DNA of 64,000 nucleotides from assembly GCF_029258205.1 (NCBI RefSeq), contig NZ_JARHZJ010000004.1:21494-85493 (forward strand), read 5' to 3'. Origin of the DNA: Clostridium sp. (GTDB lineage Bacteria; Bacillota; Clostridia; Clostridiales; Clostridiaceae). Below are positions 53,534 through 63,274 of the stretch, in pieces (the stretch's first letter is position 1; the number at the start of each line of letters is the position of its first letter). The notes under the pieces were generated by a model. The model saw only the letters and a program-made list of their open reading frames with translations, was not told the origin of the DNA and did not search any database. The translations under genes were made by a program, and so were the position numbers.

Positions 53534-54100
53534 TTATAAGTTATCCCACATATCTTGTATGCTACTATAATCTTCTAAAACTTCATCAATTAAATCTAAA
53601 GCATCCTCATTGTTCCAAGATTCATATTTTTTTCTTTTAACTACTCTAATTATATTTTCTTCTTTTCCTTCTTTAATTAAAAAAGAATCTTCACAAGACT
53701 CTTTATAATTTTCTAAATCTTTTTTAATTGTATTATCAACTTCAATAGTCTTAATTCTATTGTTATGTTCATCTCTAAAATCTATAAGTATTTTATCTAA
53801 GTTAATTAACTCATTCAAAAAATCAAAGTGCCAGTTGAATCCATAGTTTAACCATAGATCATAGGTATTCTCTTCATTTTCGTCAAATCTAATCATAATT
53901 AAAAGTAAGTCTAATTTTTTATTGCTTATAATACTACTTTTTAAGGCAACTAATACATTATCACCTATATCTTCTAAGGTATCTAAATAGTCTTTAACAA
54001 AAATTATAGGTACTAATTTATCATTAATTTCTACTATCAGTGGAATTAATGTGCCTACCTCACTTTCTTTCAAAATATCATCTACAGTTAAAGCTGCCAT
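53534..54100 (-). CDS. Hypothetical acidic protein (188 aa)
   Basis: ORF only. Asp/Glu-rich, with no recognisable motif. Confidence 0.5.
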   Translation of the reverse strand: MAALTVDDILKESEVGTLIPLIVEINDKLVPIIFVKDYLDTLEDIGDNVLVALKSSIISNKKLDLLLIMIRFDENEENTYDLWLNYGFNWHFDFLNELINLDKILIDFRDEHNNRIKTIEVDNTIKKDLENYKESCEDSFLIKEGKEENIIRVVKRKKYESWNNEDALDLIDEVLEDYSSIQDMWDNL

Positions 54101-54135
54101 ATTATCACATCCTAAATATTAATTAATTGTTTCAA

Positions 54136-54158
54136 ATATCTTATATTATATAAGATAT
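54136..54158. promoter_or_regulatory. 23-bp perfect palindrome (11-1-11) in a divergent promoter region; candidate operator
   Basis: ATATCTTATAT-T-ATATAAGATAT, verified base by base. Confidence 0.45.
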
Positions 54159-54278
54159 AAATTATAAATACCACAATTAAAGCTTTACATCTCTTTCTTT
54201 ATTATTATTGTTATTATGCCCTGTAGATGTTATAATAAAAAAAGTTTAATGAGACTTTAAAATTAGGAGAGATGAAAA

Positions 54279-55550
54279 TTGATTAAATTTAAGAAAAAGC
54301 TTTTAAGTTCAATATTGGTTGCTATATCAGTATCAATTTTTACACCAACAAAAGCTACTGTTCAGGCTGCTGAAATTTCCCAACCTAATATAGTTGGTAA
54401 GTATGCTGTTACTTTAGATTATGATACTGGTGAAATTATTTATGCAAAGGGAATTGATGAAAGAGCATATCCTGCTAGTACAACAAAGGTAATGACAAGT
54501 CTTTTATTTGCTGAACATGCTTCAAAGAATGATTCTTTTCCATATACAGCAGATGCAAAAGTTCAACAGCCTTATACATTAAACGATAGCTATGGTCCAA
54601 TACCTGTTGGCGAAGGAATGAATGCTAATGATTTAATGAAAGCTTTACTTATGTTTTCAGCTAATGACGCTGCCGCTGTAATTGCAGATGGAGTTGCTGG
54701 AAGTTCTGAAAAATTTAGTGTGATGATGAATGAAGAAGTAAAAAAACTTGGATTAAAAAACACTCATTTTGTTACTCCAAATGGTTTACATAATGATGAT
54801 CACTATTCAACAGCTTACGATTTAGCTGTTATTTTACAAAATGCTTATAAAAATCCTTGGGTAAGCGAAACTATGGCACTTAAGAATAGCGATATAACTG
54901 TAAACGGGAAAAAAGTAATTTTAGAAAATAGAAACAAAGAACTTGGTATAGACGGAAATATTGGTGGAAAGACTGGATTTACTACTCCTGCTGGAAGATG
55001 TTTAGTATCAGTATACGAAAGAAATGGTAGAAAAATAGTAGGTGCTGTTCTAGACTCCCAATATGATGCTAATGATGAAATTGTATTTAATGATATGAAA
55101 AAAATTATTGATTACAGTTACTCTGTAGATAAGGTTCCTTATATAAAGGCTGGAACAACAATAGATACTATTCCAGTTGAATATAAACTTTTCAGATGGT
55201 TTGGACCGACAAAGACAATCGATGTTCCTTTTGTTGCTACCGAAAATATAGATTATTATAATAACTATGTAAATGAAAAAGAAACATCTAAATCAATAAA
55301 TTTAAATAATATGAACGCTTGGCAATTAGCTTCTAATCCTGAATCTGCTGCTGTTACTGTTAAAGAAAGAGCTTATGTTAAGGATTATCCAGTAAAAGCT
55401 GATATAAGTACGTTTACTCTTATAAAAGCTAATTTCTTAAGCTATTTAGGAATACTTGTTCTAATAATAGTTATAATAGTAGTAATATTACTTATTATAA
55501 GAACAATAAATTTAAGAAAACGTAGAAGACGTAGAAGAAATATATTTTAA
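54279..55550 (+). CDS. D-alanyl-D-alanine carboxypeptidase (S11, PBP5/DacF-like) with a C-terminal TM anchor
   Basis: SxxK ASTTK, SxN SAND, KTG KTGFT. TTG start lies 7 nt after GGAGAG. C-terminus is a TM helix plus RKRRRRRRNIF. Confidence 0.9.
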   Translation: MIKFKKKLLSSILVAISVSIFTPTKATVQAAEISQPNIVGKYAVTLDYDTGEIIYAKGIDERAYPASTTKVMTSLLFAEHASKNDSFPYTADAKVQQPYTLNDSYGPIPVGEGMNANDLMKALLMFSANDAAAVIADGVAGSSEKFSVMMNEEVKKLGLKNTHFVTPNGLHNDDHYSTAYDLAVILQNAYKNPWVSETMALKNSDITVNGKKVILENRNKELGIDGNIGGKTGFTTPAGRCLVSVYERNGRKIVGAVLDSQYDANDEIVFNDMKKIIDYSYSVDKVPYIKAGTTIDTIPVEYKLFRWFGPTKTIDVPFVATENIDYYNNYVNEKETSKSINLNNMNAWQLASNPESAAVTVKERAYVKDYPVKADISTFTLIKANFLSYLGILVLIIVIIVVILLIIRTINLRKRRRRRRNIF

Positions 55551-55577
55551 CTAAAAAAGATTTAGTCTAAGACTAAA
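55543..55577. terminator. Bidirectional terminator
   Basis: AAAAAGATTTAGTC-TAA-GACTAAATCTTTTTTT. Confidence 0.8.
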
Positions 55578-55587
55578 TCTTTTTTTA

Positions 55588-56250
55588 TTATGAATTTAAT
55601 TCTTCAACAAGATTTAAAATTTCTAAAGGTTTATTCACATAAAAATCTGGTTTACTCTCTTGTAATTTTTCAATAGGCAATGCTGTGTATTTAACTCCAC
55701 ATGTTTTAGTTCCAGCATTTTTACCTGCTAAAATATCATAAGGTGAATCACCTACCATAAGAGCTTCACTAGGAGATACTCCTAAATTCTCACAAGCCTT
55801 TAAAACTGGCTCCCCTTCTGGCTTATGCTTTGTAGTAATCTCTGGAGTTATAAAAGTATCAAAATACTCAAATATACCAATTAACTTAGCTCCACGCTCT
55901 GCCATATCGCTTTTCTTTGAAGTTACAACTCCAAGTTTAATTCCTTTACTCTTTAATATTTTTAGCATTAAGTCAACACCAGTAAACTCTTTACATTCAT
56001 TATCATGTAATTCTAAGTTTATTTTTCTATAACAATTAATCATCTCTTCTATTCTATTTTCATCATAAGATTTAAAAGTTTCATGCAGAGGTCTACCATA
56101 GTTCATAGTAATTTCTTCTTCACTTGGCTCTAAATCTAAAATAGTTTTAAATGTATGTTTAAATGATTTTAGTATTAAATCATTAGTATTTATCAATGTT
56201 CCATCTAGGTCAAATAAAACTGCTTTTATCATAAACTTCTCCTTTGCCAT
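55588..56250 (-). CDS. HAD-superfamily hydrolase (PpaX/phosphoglycolate phosphatase-like)
   Basis: Motif I FDLDGTL, motif II VVTSK, motif IV GDSPYD. Confidence 0.88.
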   Translation of the reverse strand: MAKEKFMIKAVLFDLDGTLINTNDLILKSFKHTFKTILDLEPSEEEITMNYGRPLHETFKSYDENRIEEMINCYRKINLELHDNECKEFTGVDLMLKILKSKGIKLGVVTSKKSDMAERGAKLIGIFEYFDTFITPEITTKHKPEGEPVLKACENLGVSPSEALMVGDSPYDILAGKNAGTKTCGVKYTALPIEKLQESKPDFYVNKPLEILNLVEELNS

Positions 56251-56324
56251 TACAAAAATGAGCTTAAAAATATATACTTTTTTAATAATTATATCATAAA
56301 TTTAAAAAAATTTTAAAAATCCCC

Positions 56325-56353
56325 TTCACAAATTAAGATTTTTAGTATATATT
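56325..56353 (+). promoter_or_regulatory. Putative sigma-A promoter for the asnA leader
   Basis: TTCACA (56325..56330), a 17-nt spacer and TATATT (56348..56353). Confidence 0.35.
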
Positions 56354-56384
56354 AATTATTAAATAAATAACTTGTACAAAGCAT

Positions 56385-56660
56385 TGATGGGAAAAAGTAA
56401 TCTTTGGAAAGAGTTTTAGCGATTGAGGGATGGTGAAAGCCTCATACTATACCTTTGATGAAGAACATCCTTGAGCTTCTAACCGAACTTCAAAATTTAT
56501 TTTGGATAGTAGACTTAGACGGGTTTCTTTCCGTTAAAAGAAGGACAGTGTTAAGATGCACTGTTATTAAGTGAGTGCTTTTGTACTAACATAGGTGGTA
56601 CCGCGGAGATGATTATACAGCCTTCGTCCTATTAATATATAGGACGATGGCTTTTTTTAT
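56385..56660 (+). promoter_or_regulatory. T-box leader riboswitch (Asn specifier) with intrinsic terminator
   Basis: AGAG..AGCGA..GGTGAAAG stem I elements. GAAG-AAC-A specifier context (AAC 56464..56466). T-box GGTGGTACCGCG at 56594..56605. Terminator GCCTTCGTCCT..AGGACGATGGC plus T7. Confidence 0.88.
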
Positions 56661-56814
56661 TATCTTTTAAAATATATTTTTAAATTTTATTATTTTAACT
56701 ATACGTATAAAACATTTCAAGAAATTTTAATAACCTGTTTTTGGCCAAACAAATTTATAAAAAATATATGTAGCAAAAAATATATCTACATTTAAAATTA
56801 AGGAGTTGTTTAAA

Positions 56815-57825
56815 ATGGAAAAATTATTTATACCAAAGGACTATAAACCTTTATTATCACTTAGAGAAACAGAAGTTGCTATTAAAGAACTTAAAGACTT
56901 TTTTGAAGATTCTTTAGCTAAAAACTTAAACTTAACAAGAGTTTCTGCTCCACTTTTCGTAAATCAAGGTTCAGGATTAAATGATGATCTAAACGGAATT
57001 GAAAGACCTGTAAGTTTTGATATGAAAGCTATGCCAGAGTTTAACATTCAAATAGTTCATTCTCTAGCTAAATGGAAAAGACTAGCTCTTCATAGATATG
57101 AGTTTAAACATGGTGAAGGTCTTTATACTGATATGAATGCTATAAGAAGAGACGAAGATTTAGATAACATTCACTCTATTTATGTTGACCAATGGGATTG
57201 GGAAAAAATAATAGATAAAGAAGAAAGAAATTTAGAAACTTTAAAAGAAACTGTAAGATCAATATATAATACTTTTAAAGCTACTGAAGATTTTATAGTA
57301 ACAAAATATCCTCATATAGAAAGAATTCTTCCTGAAGATATAATATTTATAACATCACAAGAATTAGAAGATCGTTATCCAGATCTTACTTCTAAAGAAA
57401 GAGAAACCGCTATATGCAAAGAATTTGGAGCTGTATTCATAATAGGAATTGGTGGAAAATTAGCTTCTGGTCAAAAACATGATGATAGAAGTCCAGACTA
57501 TGATGATTGGACATTAAATGGAGATTTATTATTCTACTACCCTCTATTTGATGAAGCTGTAGAGCTTTCATCAATGGGAATAAGAGTTGATGAAGAAAGC
57601 CTTTTAAAACAATTAAAAATAGCAGAATGTGAAGAAAGAAAAGAACTACCATTCCATCAAATGCTTCTTGAAGGGAAATTACCATATACTATAGGTGGTG
57701 GAATCGGTCAATCTAGAATATGTATGTTCTTCCTTAGAAAAGCTCATATTGGAGAAGTTCAAGCATCTATGTGGGATGAAGATATGATAAGAACTTGTGA
57801 AGAAAACAACATACATTTATTATAA
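56815..57825 (+). CDS. asnA: Aspartate--ammonia ligase (asparagine synthetase A)
   Basis: Start set to ATG 56815 ([10 protein letters not shown]), following AAGGAG. Class II aaRS-like AsnA pattern ([23 protein letters not shown]). Confidence 0.94.
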   Translation: MEKLFIPKDYKPLLSLRETEVAIKELKDFFEDSLAKNLNLTRVSAPLFVNQGSGLNDDLNGIERPVSFDMKAMPEFNIQIVHSLAKWKRLALHRYEFKHGEGLYTDMNAIRRDEDLDNIHSIYVDQWDWEKIIDKEERNLETLKETVRSIYNTFKATEDFIVTKYPHIERILPEDIIFITSQELEDRYPDLTSKERETAICKEFGAVFIIGIGGKLASGQKHDDRSPDYDDWTLNGDLLFYYPLFDEAVELSSMGIRVDEESLLKQLKIAECEERKELPFHQMLLEGKLPYTIGGGIGQSRICMFFLRKAHIGEVQASMWDEDMIRTCEENNIHLL

Positions 57826-57911
57826 AAGTTAAATTTAACTTTATATTATCCCCCTTATAAATATAGTATAATCTTCTTAATAAACTAATATTTAAAAGGG
57901 GGATAATCATT

Positions 57912-58730
57912 ATGAAAAGATCTGTTTTGAGAACCTTAGTAAATGTCTTAGCAATAATTTTTATAGTTTTTTTAATAATTAAGTTTAGTGTTTCTATGGG
58001 AAGTATACTACTTTTATCATTTATAATATTTAAATTAACTATAAATAAACATTTAATTTATATGTTTAGAGGCTCTAAAAAACTTAAAAATAATAATTTA
58101 GAAGAATCTTTGTCTTTTTATAGAAAAGCTGCTCTATGTAATAGTTCTAATGTTAAAGCTATAAAAACTTATATTTTCTTAGAACTTAAAATAGGTTCAT
58201 ATACTGAAGCTTTAGAAACCTTAAAAAATATATTATCTAAAAGAAAATTTTTACCTGAAGATGCAAATCACCTTGATTTACTTCAAGCAATACTTTATTG
58301 GAAATTAAATGATATAAAAACTTCTCTTCAAATCTTAGATGATTTAAAAACTAATAACTTTAATGCTATAGATTTTTATGAAGTTTATGGATATGTTCTA
58401 ATTCAAGATGAAGATTTTGAAAAAGCAATTTCAATAAGTAATCAAGGTTTAAAAGTTAATGAGTTAAGTCAAATAATAAGAGCTAATTTAGGAGAAATTT
58501 TCTATAAAATTGGTGATATAGAAAAAGCTTGCTTTTATTTTGATGAATTAATAGATGAATGTGCAAATTTTTCAGAGCCTTACTATTTTATGGGAATTAT
58601 ATCAAAAGAAAAAGAAGATTTTTATAGAGCTAAAGAACTTTTAAATAAATCACTTAAGTATGATGAGTCTATTCTAAGTAACCTATCAAAAAATGATATA
58701 GAAAACGCTTTAATAAGTATAAATAATTGA
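57912..58730 (+). CDS. Membrane-anchored TPR-repeat protein
   Basis: Two N-terminal hydrophobic segments followed by TPR-like repeats. Confidence 0.65.
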   Translation: MKRSVLRTLVNVLAIIFIVFLIIKFSVSMGSILLLSFIIFKLTINKHLIYMFRGSKKLKNNNLEESLSFYRKAALCNSSNVKAIKTYIFLELKIGSYTEALETLKNILSKRKFLPEDANHLDLLQAILYWKLNDIKTSLQILDDLKTNNFNAIDFYEVYGYVLIQDEDFEKAISISNQGLKVNELSQIIRANLGEIFYKIGDIEKACFYFDELIDECANFSEPYYFMGIISKEKEDFYRAKELLNKSLKYDESILSNLSKNDIENALISINN

Positions 58731-58780
58731 TTATTGTAATATTTGATTATAGATTTAATTTTAAATTCATTCTATAATGT

Positions 58781-58817
58781 ATAAGGAACTTTAAAAGCTG
58801 TTCCTTATATTTTTTTT
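58781..58817 (+). terminator. Rho-independent terminator
   Basis: ATAAGGAAC pairs with GTTCCTTAT, followed by T8. Confidence 0.8.
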
Positions 58818-58840
58818 ACAAAAAAGGAAGTGATTATCTA

Positions 58841-59227
58841 GTGAAACTTTTAAGAGAAATGCTTATTGTCATATTTATATACTTCTTAGGCGAATTTATT
58901 TCTAAAAGTTTTATACATAGTGTACCTGGAAATATTATAGGAATGTTAATATTATTAGTTTTACTATGTACTAAAGTTGTTAAAGTAGAAGCTATTGATT
59001 CTGTTGCTCAATTCTTCTTAGATCATTTAGCCTTCTTCTTTGTTCCTGCAGGGGTTGGACTTATGACATCTGTTGGATTATTAGAGGGAAATGTTCTTAA
59101 ATTATTATTTATTTGCATATCCTCAACTTTTGTTGTAATAGGAGTTACAGGTTTAGTTGTTCAAGCTTTAATAAGAAGAAAAGAAAAAAAACTATTAGGA
59201 GATGAAATTAATGAATACCATTGTTAA
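58841..59227 (+). CDS. lrgA: CidA/LrgA family holin-like protein
   Basis: 128 aa, four TM segments, GTG start following AAGGAAGTG. Followed by lrgB. Confidence 0.85.
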   Translation: MKLLREMLIVIFIYFLGEFISKSFIHSVPGNIIGMLILLVLLCTKVVKVEAIDSVAQFFLDHLAFFFVPAGVGLMTSVGLLEGNVLKLLFICISSTFVVIGVTGLVVQALIRRKEKKLLGDEINEYHC

Positions 59228-59921
59228 TAACCCTTTGTTTGGAATTTTATTAACTCTTTTTGCTTTTGAAATTGGTATGACCATATACAAAAAGACTAAA
59301 ATTCCAATACTAAATCCTTTATTAATCGCAATTTCTATTGTAATTGGAGTTTTAGTTTCATGCCATATAAGTTTTAAAACTTATAATATTGGTGGTAATT
59401 TTATAAATTCATTTTTAGGACCTGCAACTGTAATTTTAGCAGTACCTTTATATAAACAGTTGCAACTTTTAAAAAGTCATTTTGTACCAATAATGACAGG
59501 AATAATAGTTGGAAGCTTTGCTTCTATGTGTTGTGTTATAATAATGGGATATTTCTTAGGAATAAATCATGAACTTATTGCTTCTTTAGTTCCTAAATCA
59601 GTTACAACACCAATCGGAGTTGAAGTATCTAGTGGACTTGGTGGAATACCTTCAATAACAGTTATAGCAGTAATAATAACTGGTATCACAGGTGCAATTA
59701 TAGCTCCTATGGTATGTAAATTACTTAAAATTGAACATGAAGTTGCTATGGGAGTTTCTATGGGAACAGCTGCCCATGCCGTTGGAACTACTAAAGCTTT
59801 AGAAATAGGCGAAACTCATGGTGCTATGAGTTCATTATCTATAGGTGTTGCTGGCTTAATAACAGTTTTCCTTGCTCCACCAATATATATGCTATCTGCA
59901 TTAATATTAAAATTTGTCTAA
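59211..59921 (+). CDS. lrgB: LrgB/CidB family protein
   Basis: Polytopic membrane protein (SVTTPIG..GTAAHAVGT). Start set to ATG 59211, which has better SD spacing than 59202. Confidence 0.88.
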   Translation: MNTIVNNPLFGILLTLFAFEIGMTIYKKTKIPILNPLLIAISIVIGVLVSCHISFKTYNIGGNFINSFLGPATVILAVPLYKQLQLLKSHFVPIMTGIIVGSFASMCCVIIMGYFLGINHELIASLVPKSVTTPIGVEVSSGLGGIPSITVIAVIITGITGAIIAPMVCKLLKIEHEVAMGVSMGTAAHAVGTTKALEIGETHGAMSSLSIGVAGLITVFLAPPIYMLSALILKFV

Positions 59922-60281
59922 ACAGTGATGATATTACAAGCCTTCACCACTGAAAAAACTTTCAATCTGATAATAAATCAATTATTTAAAAAAGATAATA
60001 TGCTATTTATAGATGCTTATTTCTTAAATACAACTGAAAATACTACTTTTGAAACCTTATAAAATTTTAACATATAAGTTTATAATAATAATGCCAAAGA
60101 GATTTTAAATAAAACTTTTAAAAGTGTTGTTATACCTAAATGACTTCCTCCACAATAAGGTAGAAGAATTTTATTTGCTATAGAAAATGAGTTTTTTAGC
60201 CTACAAGAAAAAGATTTATAAAAATTATCTTACAAATTTAATTTCGATTACAACTAAAATTTTAAATTTTTCCTCTTAACT

Positions 60282-60310
60282 AAAAAAGGAGTTGTTTTTA
60301 TACAACTCCT
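60282..60310 (-). terminator. Rho-independent terminator of topB
   Basis: AGGAGTTGT pairs with ACAACTCCT. A U-run follows on the minus strand. Confidence 0.8.
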
Positions 60311-60322
60311 AGATATATTTTC

Positions 60323-62485
60323 TTAAATAAATTCCATTCTCCATGTGAAATAGCCTTTTTCTTCATCTTTTTCATATATAAAGTATGCTGCAAAAGTATT
60401 TCCTTTTTTACTTTTTAAATTTCTAAATCCAACTTTTCCATTAGCTAATAGAAGTTTTACCATCTGAGATGTTACTTGTTTTCCAAAGGAGGCTATATAC
60501 TTATCATTTTTCCATATGGTATATTTACATCCATTTTTCCAGTTAACACATCCAAATCCTCTTTCTCCTTCTATAACAGGATTTCCACAGTTAGGACATT
60601 TACCTAAAACCTCCACTCCTTCTGGCGCCTCTAATTTAAAATGTTTTGCCATGGAATCATCATTTTTTATAGCATTAACTCCATCTATAGTAAAGTTCTT
60701 TATAAGATTTAAGAAATCTTCTTTTTTAACCTTACCTCTTTCTATATCTGAAAGAGTTTTTTCTAATCTTCCTGTGTATTCTAAATCTAGAAGCTCCTTA
60801 ACAGGAAATATTTCAACTATTGTTCTACCAAGCTCTGTACAAGTTAAACTTTTCCCTTTTGTAGTAATATATCCTACATCTTTAAGCTTTTTAATTGTTT
60901 CAGCTCTAGTAGCAGGTGTTCCTATGCTAAATCCACTTAGTATTGAAGCCATCATTTCTTCACTATCTTCCTCTGCATCTTCTTTAAAACTCTTACCACA
61001 AGTTTCCATAACTCTAAGTAATGTCTTTTCAGTATGCTTTTTAGGTGGTTTTTTAGTAACCTTATTTATTTTACTATCTACTAAGTCAACTATTTCTTTT
61101 TCATTTACCATTGGAAGAATTGTATCTTTACTATCTATTTTTTCAACAACTCTCCATCCTTCTATAAGCTGAACTTTTCCCTTTGAAATAAATACTCCCT
61201 TAACTTCTGGATTATTTATCTTAGAAGTTATTTTTGTTTCCTCAAATTCAGCTACAGGCATAAATTGCATAAGAAATCTATTTTTAACTGCTGTATAAAC
61301 TACTCTTTCATCTTGAGTTAAATTGTTAGGTTTAATATAAGTTGGAACTATGGCACTATGGCTCTCAACTTTCGAATTATCAAAAACCCTTTTATTTTGA
61401 ACAAACTTTATTTGTTCTTCATAAGGTAAGCCAACCTTAAGTTTTTCTAAAACATTTCTAGTTCTATCAACTAAGCTTTCCTCTAAAGCCATACTTCCTG
61501 TTCTAGGATAAGTTATAAACTTTTTTTCATATAAAGATTGAGCTACTTTTAAAACCTTATCTGAAGTCCATCCTTTATATTTACTTGTTATGTATCCTTG
61601 AAGATTAGAAAGATTAAATAAAAATGGTGGATATTCTTTTTTTCTTTCTGTTTGCTTTTCAATTATTTCAGCATTTTTATCCTTTATCTTTTCTTTAATC
61701 TCATCTAAAATCTTCTTATCTTCAAATTTCTCTGAATTATTTTCGTAATAAATTCCTTCAAACTCCTCATTTTTTGAAGTCTTAAAGATACCATTAAGCT
61801 TATAATATGCACTTGATTTAAAATTTTCTATTTCCTTATCTCTGTCATAAATTATTTTTAAAGTAGGCAAAAGCACTCTACCTATATTTAAAATCTGTCC
61901 ATCATTTAATTTATATTTTATTGTGGTCACAGAAGTTAAATTTATACCTATTATCCAATCTGCCCATTGTCTTCCTATACCAGCATCTTGAAGAGATTGC
62001 ATTTCCTTATTAGGTTTTAATTTTTCCATTCCTTTTTTAACTTCATCTGGTGTCCATTCATTTAATAAAAGTCTATAGACTGGTTTCTTTTCATTAAAAT
62101 ATAGGAAAATTTCATCTGCAATTACTTGTCCTTCTCTATCAAAGTCAGTAGCAGAAATTATTCCATCTACATCTTCTCTATCTATAAGTCCTTTTATTAC
62201 CTTTATTTGCTTTTCAGCACCCTTATCAATCATATTTCTATTTAAAGAATCTTGTTTTATTTTATATCTAAAAACTTCTGGTATAAAAGGAAATTTTTCC
62301 ATTCTCCATCCCTTCATATTCTCATCATAATCCTTTGCATCAAATAACTGCAACAAGTGTCCGAAAGCCCATGTTATAAGATATTTTTCGCCTTCAAAGT
62401 ATCCATCTTTTCTCTTTTTTATATTAAAAGCATCTGCAATATTTCTAGCAACAGATGGTTTTTCTGCAATTATTACCTTTTTCAA
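60323..62485 (-). CDS. topB: DNA topoisomerase III
   Basis: Toprim N-terminus (VIIAEKPS, DREGQ), type IA core, and C-terminal zinc-ribbon motifs (CPNCGNPV..GCVNWKNGC). Confidence 0.93.
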   Translation of the reverse strand: MKKVIIAEKPSVARNIADAFNIKKRKDGYFEGEKYLITWAFGHLLQLFDAKDYDENMKGWRMEKFPFIPEVFRYKIKQDSLNRNMIDKGAEKQIKVIKGLIDREDVDGIISATDFDREGQVIADEIFLYFNEKKPVYRLLLNEWTPDEVKKGMEKLKPNKEMQSLQDAGIGRQWADWIIGINLTSVTTIKYKLNDGQILNIGRVLLPTLKIIYDRDKEIENFKSSAYYKLNGIFKTSKNEEFEGIYYENNSEKFEDKKILDEIKEKIKDKNAEIIEKQTERKKEYPPFLFNLSNLQGYITSKYKGWTSDKVLKVAQSLYEKKFITYPRTGSMALEESLVDRTRNVLEKLKVGLPYEEQIKFVQNKRVFDNSKVESHSAIVPTYIKPNNLTQDERVVYTAVKNRFLMQFMPVAEFEETKITSKINNPEVKGVFISKGKVQLIEGWRVVEKIDSKDTILPMVNEKEIVDLVDSKINKVTKKPPKKHTEKTLLRVMETCGKSFKEDAEEDSEEMMASILSGFSIGTPATRAETIKKLKDVGYITTKGKSLTCTELGRTIVEIFPVKELLDLEYTGRLEKTLSDIERGKVKKEDFLNLIKNFTIDGVNAIKNDDSMAKHFKLEAPEGVEVLGKCPNCGNPVIEGERGFGCVNWKNGCKYTIWKNDKYIASFGKQVTSQMVKLLLANGKVGFRNLKSKKGNTFAAYFIYEKDEEKGYFTWRMEFI

Positions 62486-62731
62486 AGTATCACTCCTAAT
62501 TATAATCCTTTTATTATATTAAATTTTATTCACTATCCTCTTATATATCTTTGACAGATTTAAAAATTTATTTCACTTTATTAAAATAATAAGGGCTGTC
62601 TCAAAACTTAGTATTTAATTATAAGTTTTACTAAGTTATCTTGATACAGCTCCATTAATTTATCTAAAATATATTAAAAATCAAACTCAAAACATTATTT
62701 ATTATAATATAAAATAAAAGGGATTTTCAAC

Positions 62732-63238
62732 TTACATTTCATTTAACATCCACACAAAGAAATTTAATACTCCAGCAAAAGAAACCCATATTATATAAGG
62801 AATCATAAGAAATCCTGCTATTTTATCAAACTTAAAAAATTTAATTGTAGTTATAATTATAAAGATTAATAGTATTATTAGTTCTATAAATGCTAATCCA
62901 TATAGTTTAAAGTAAAAAAATATTATACTCCAAGCAAAATTTAATACAAGTTGTATTATATAAACCCAAAGTGCTGACTTAGTTTTTTCTCCTTGCTTAT
63001 GCCTTAAAAATATCCTATATGCAGATATTGACATAAGTATATATAAAATAGTCCATATTATTGGAAAAACTATAGCTGGCGGACTAAACCAAGGTTTATT
63101 TAATGCACCATATACTTGTACACTCTCCTCATTAAACTTTCCAATAACATATCCTCCACCTAAAGTTATTAACAAACTTATTATTAAATCACCTAAATTA
63201 AATTTTCCATTAACCTTAAATATATTCACATAAATCAC
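62732..63238 (-). CDS. tspO: TspO/MBR family tryptophan-rich sensory protein
   Basis: 168 aa, five TM segments, with Trp-rich motifs (KPWFSPP, FAWSIIFF, IWVSFA). Confidence 0.88.
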   Translation of the reverse strand: MIYVNIFKVNGKFNLGDLIISLLITLGGGYVIGKFNEESVQVYGALNKPWFSPPAIVFPIIWTILYILMSISAYRIFLRHKQGEKTKSALWVYIIQLVLNFAWSIIFFYFKLYGLAFIELIILLIFIIITTIKFFKFDKIAGFLMIPYIIWVSFAGVLNFFVWMLNEM

Positions 63239-63274
63239 CTCTTAGGTAATTATATGTATTCCTTTTGATATATA

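Noticed and set aside
59922-60281. ~360-bp ORF-free stretch between convergent lrgB and topB, considered as an sRNA locus.
   Set aside because: It contains only a weak imperfect hairpin (59924..59951) without a U-run on the plus strand. There is no clear promoter or conserved-looking structure and only trivial mini-ORFs, so I cannot support a call from sequence alone.
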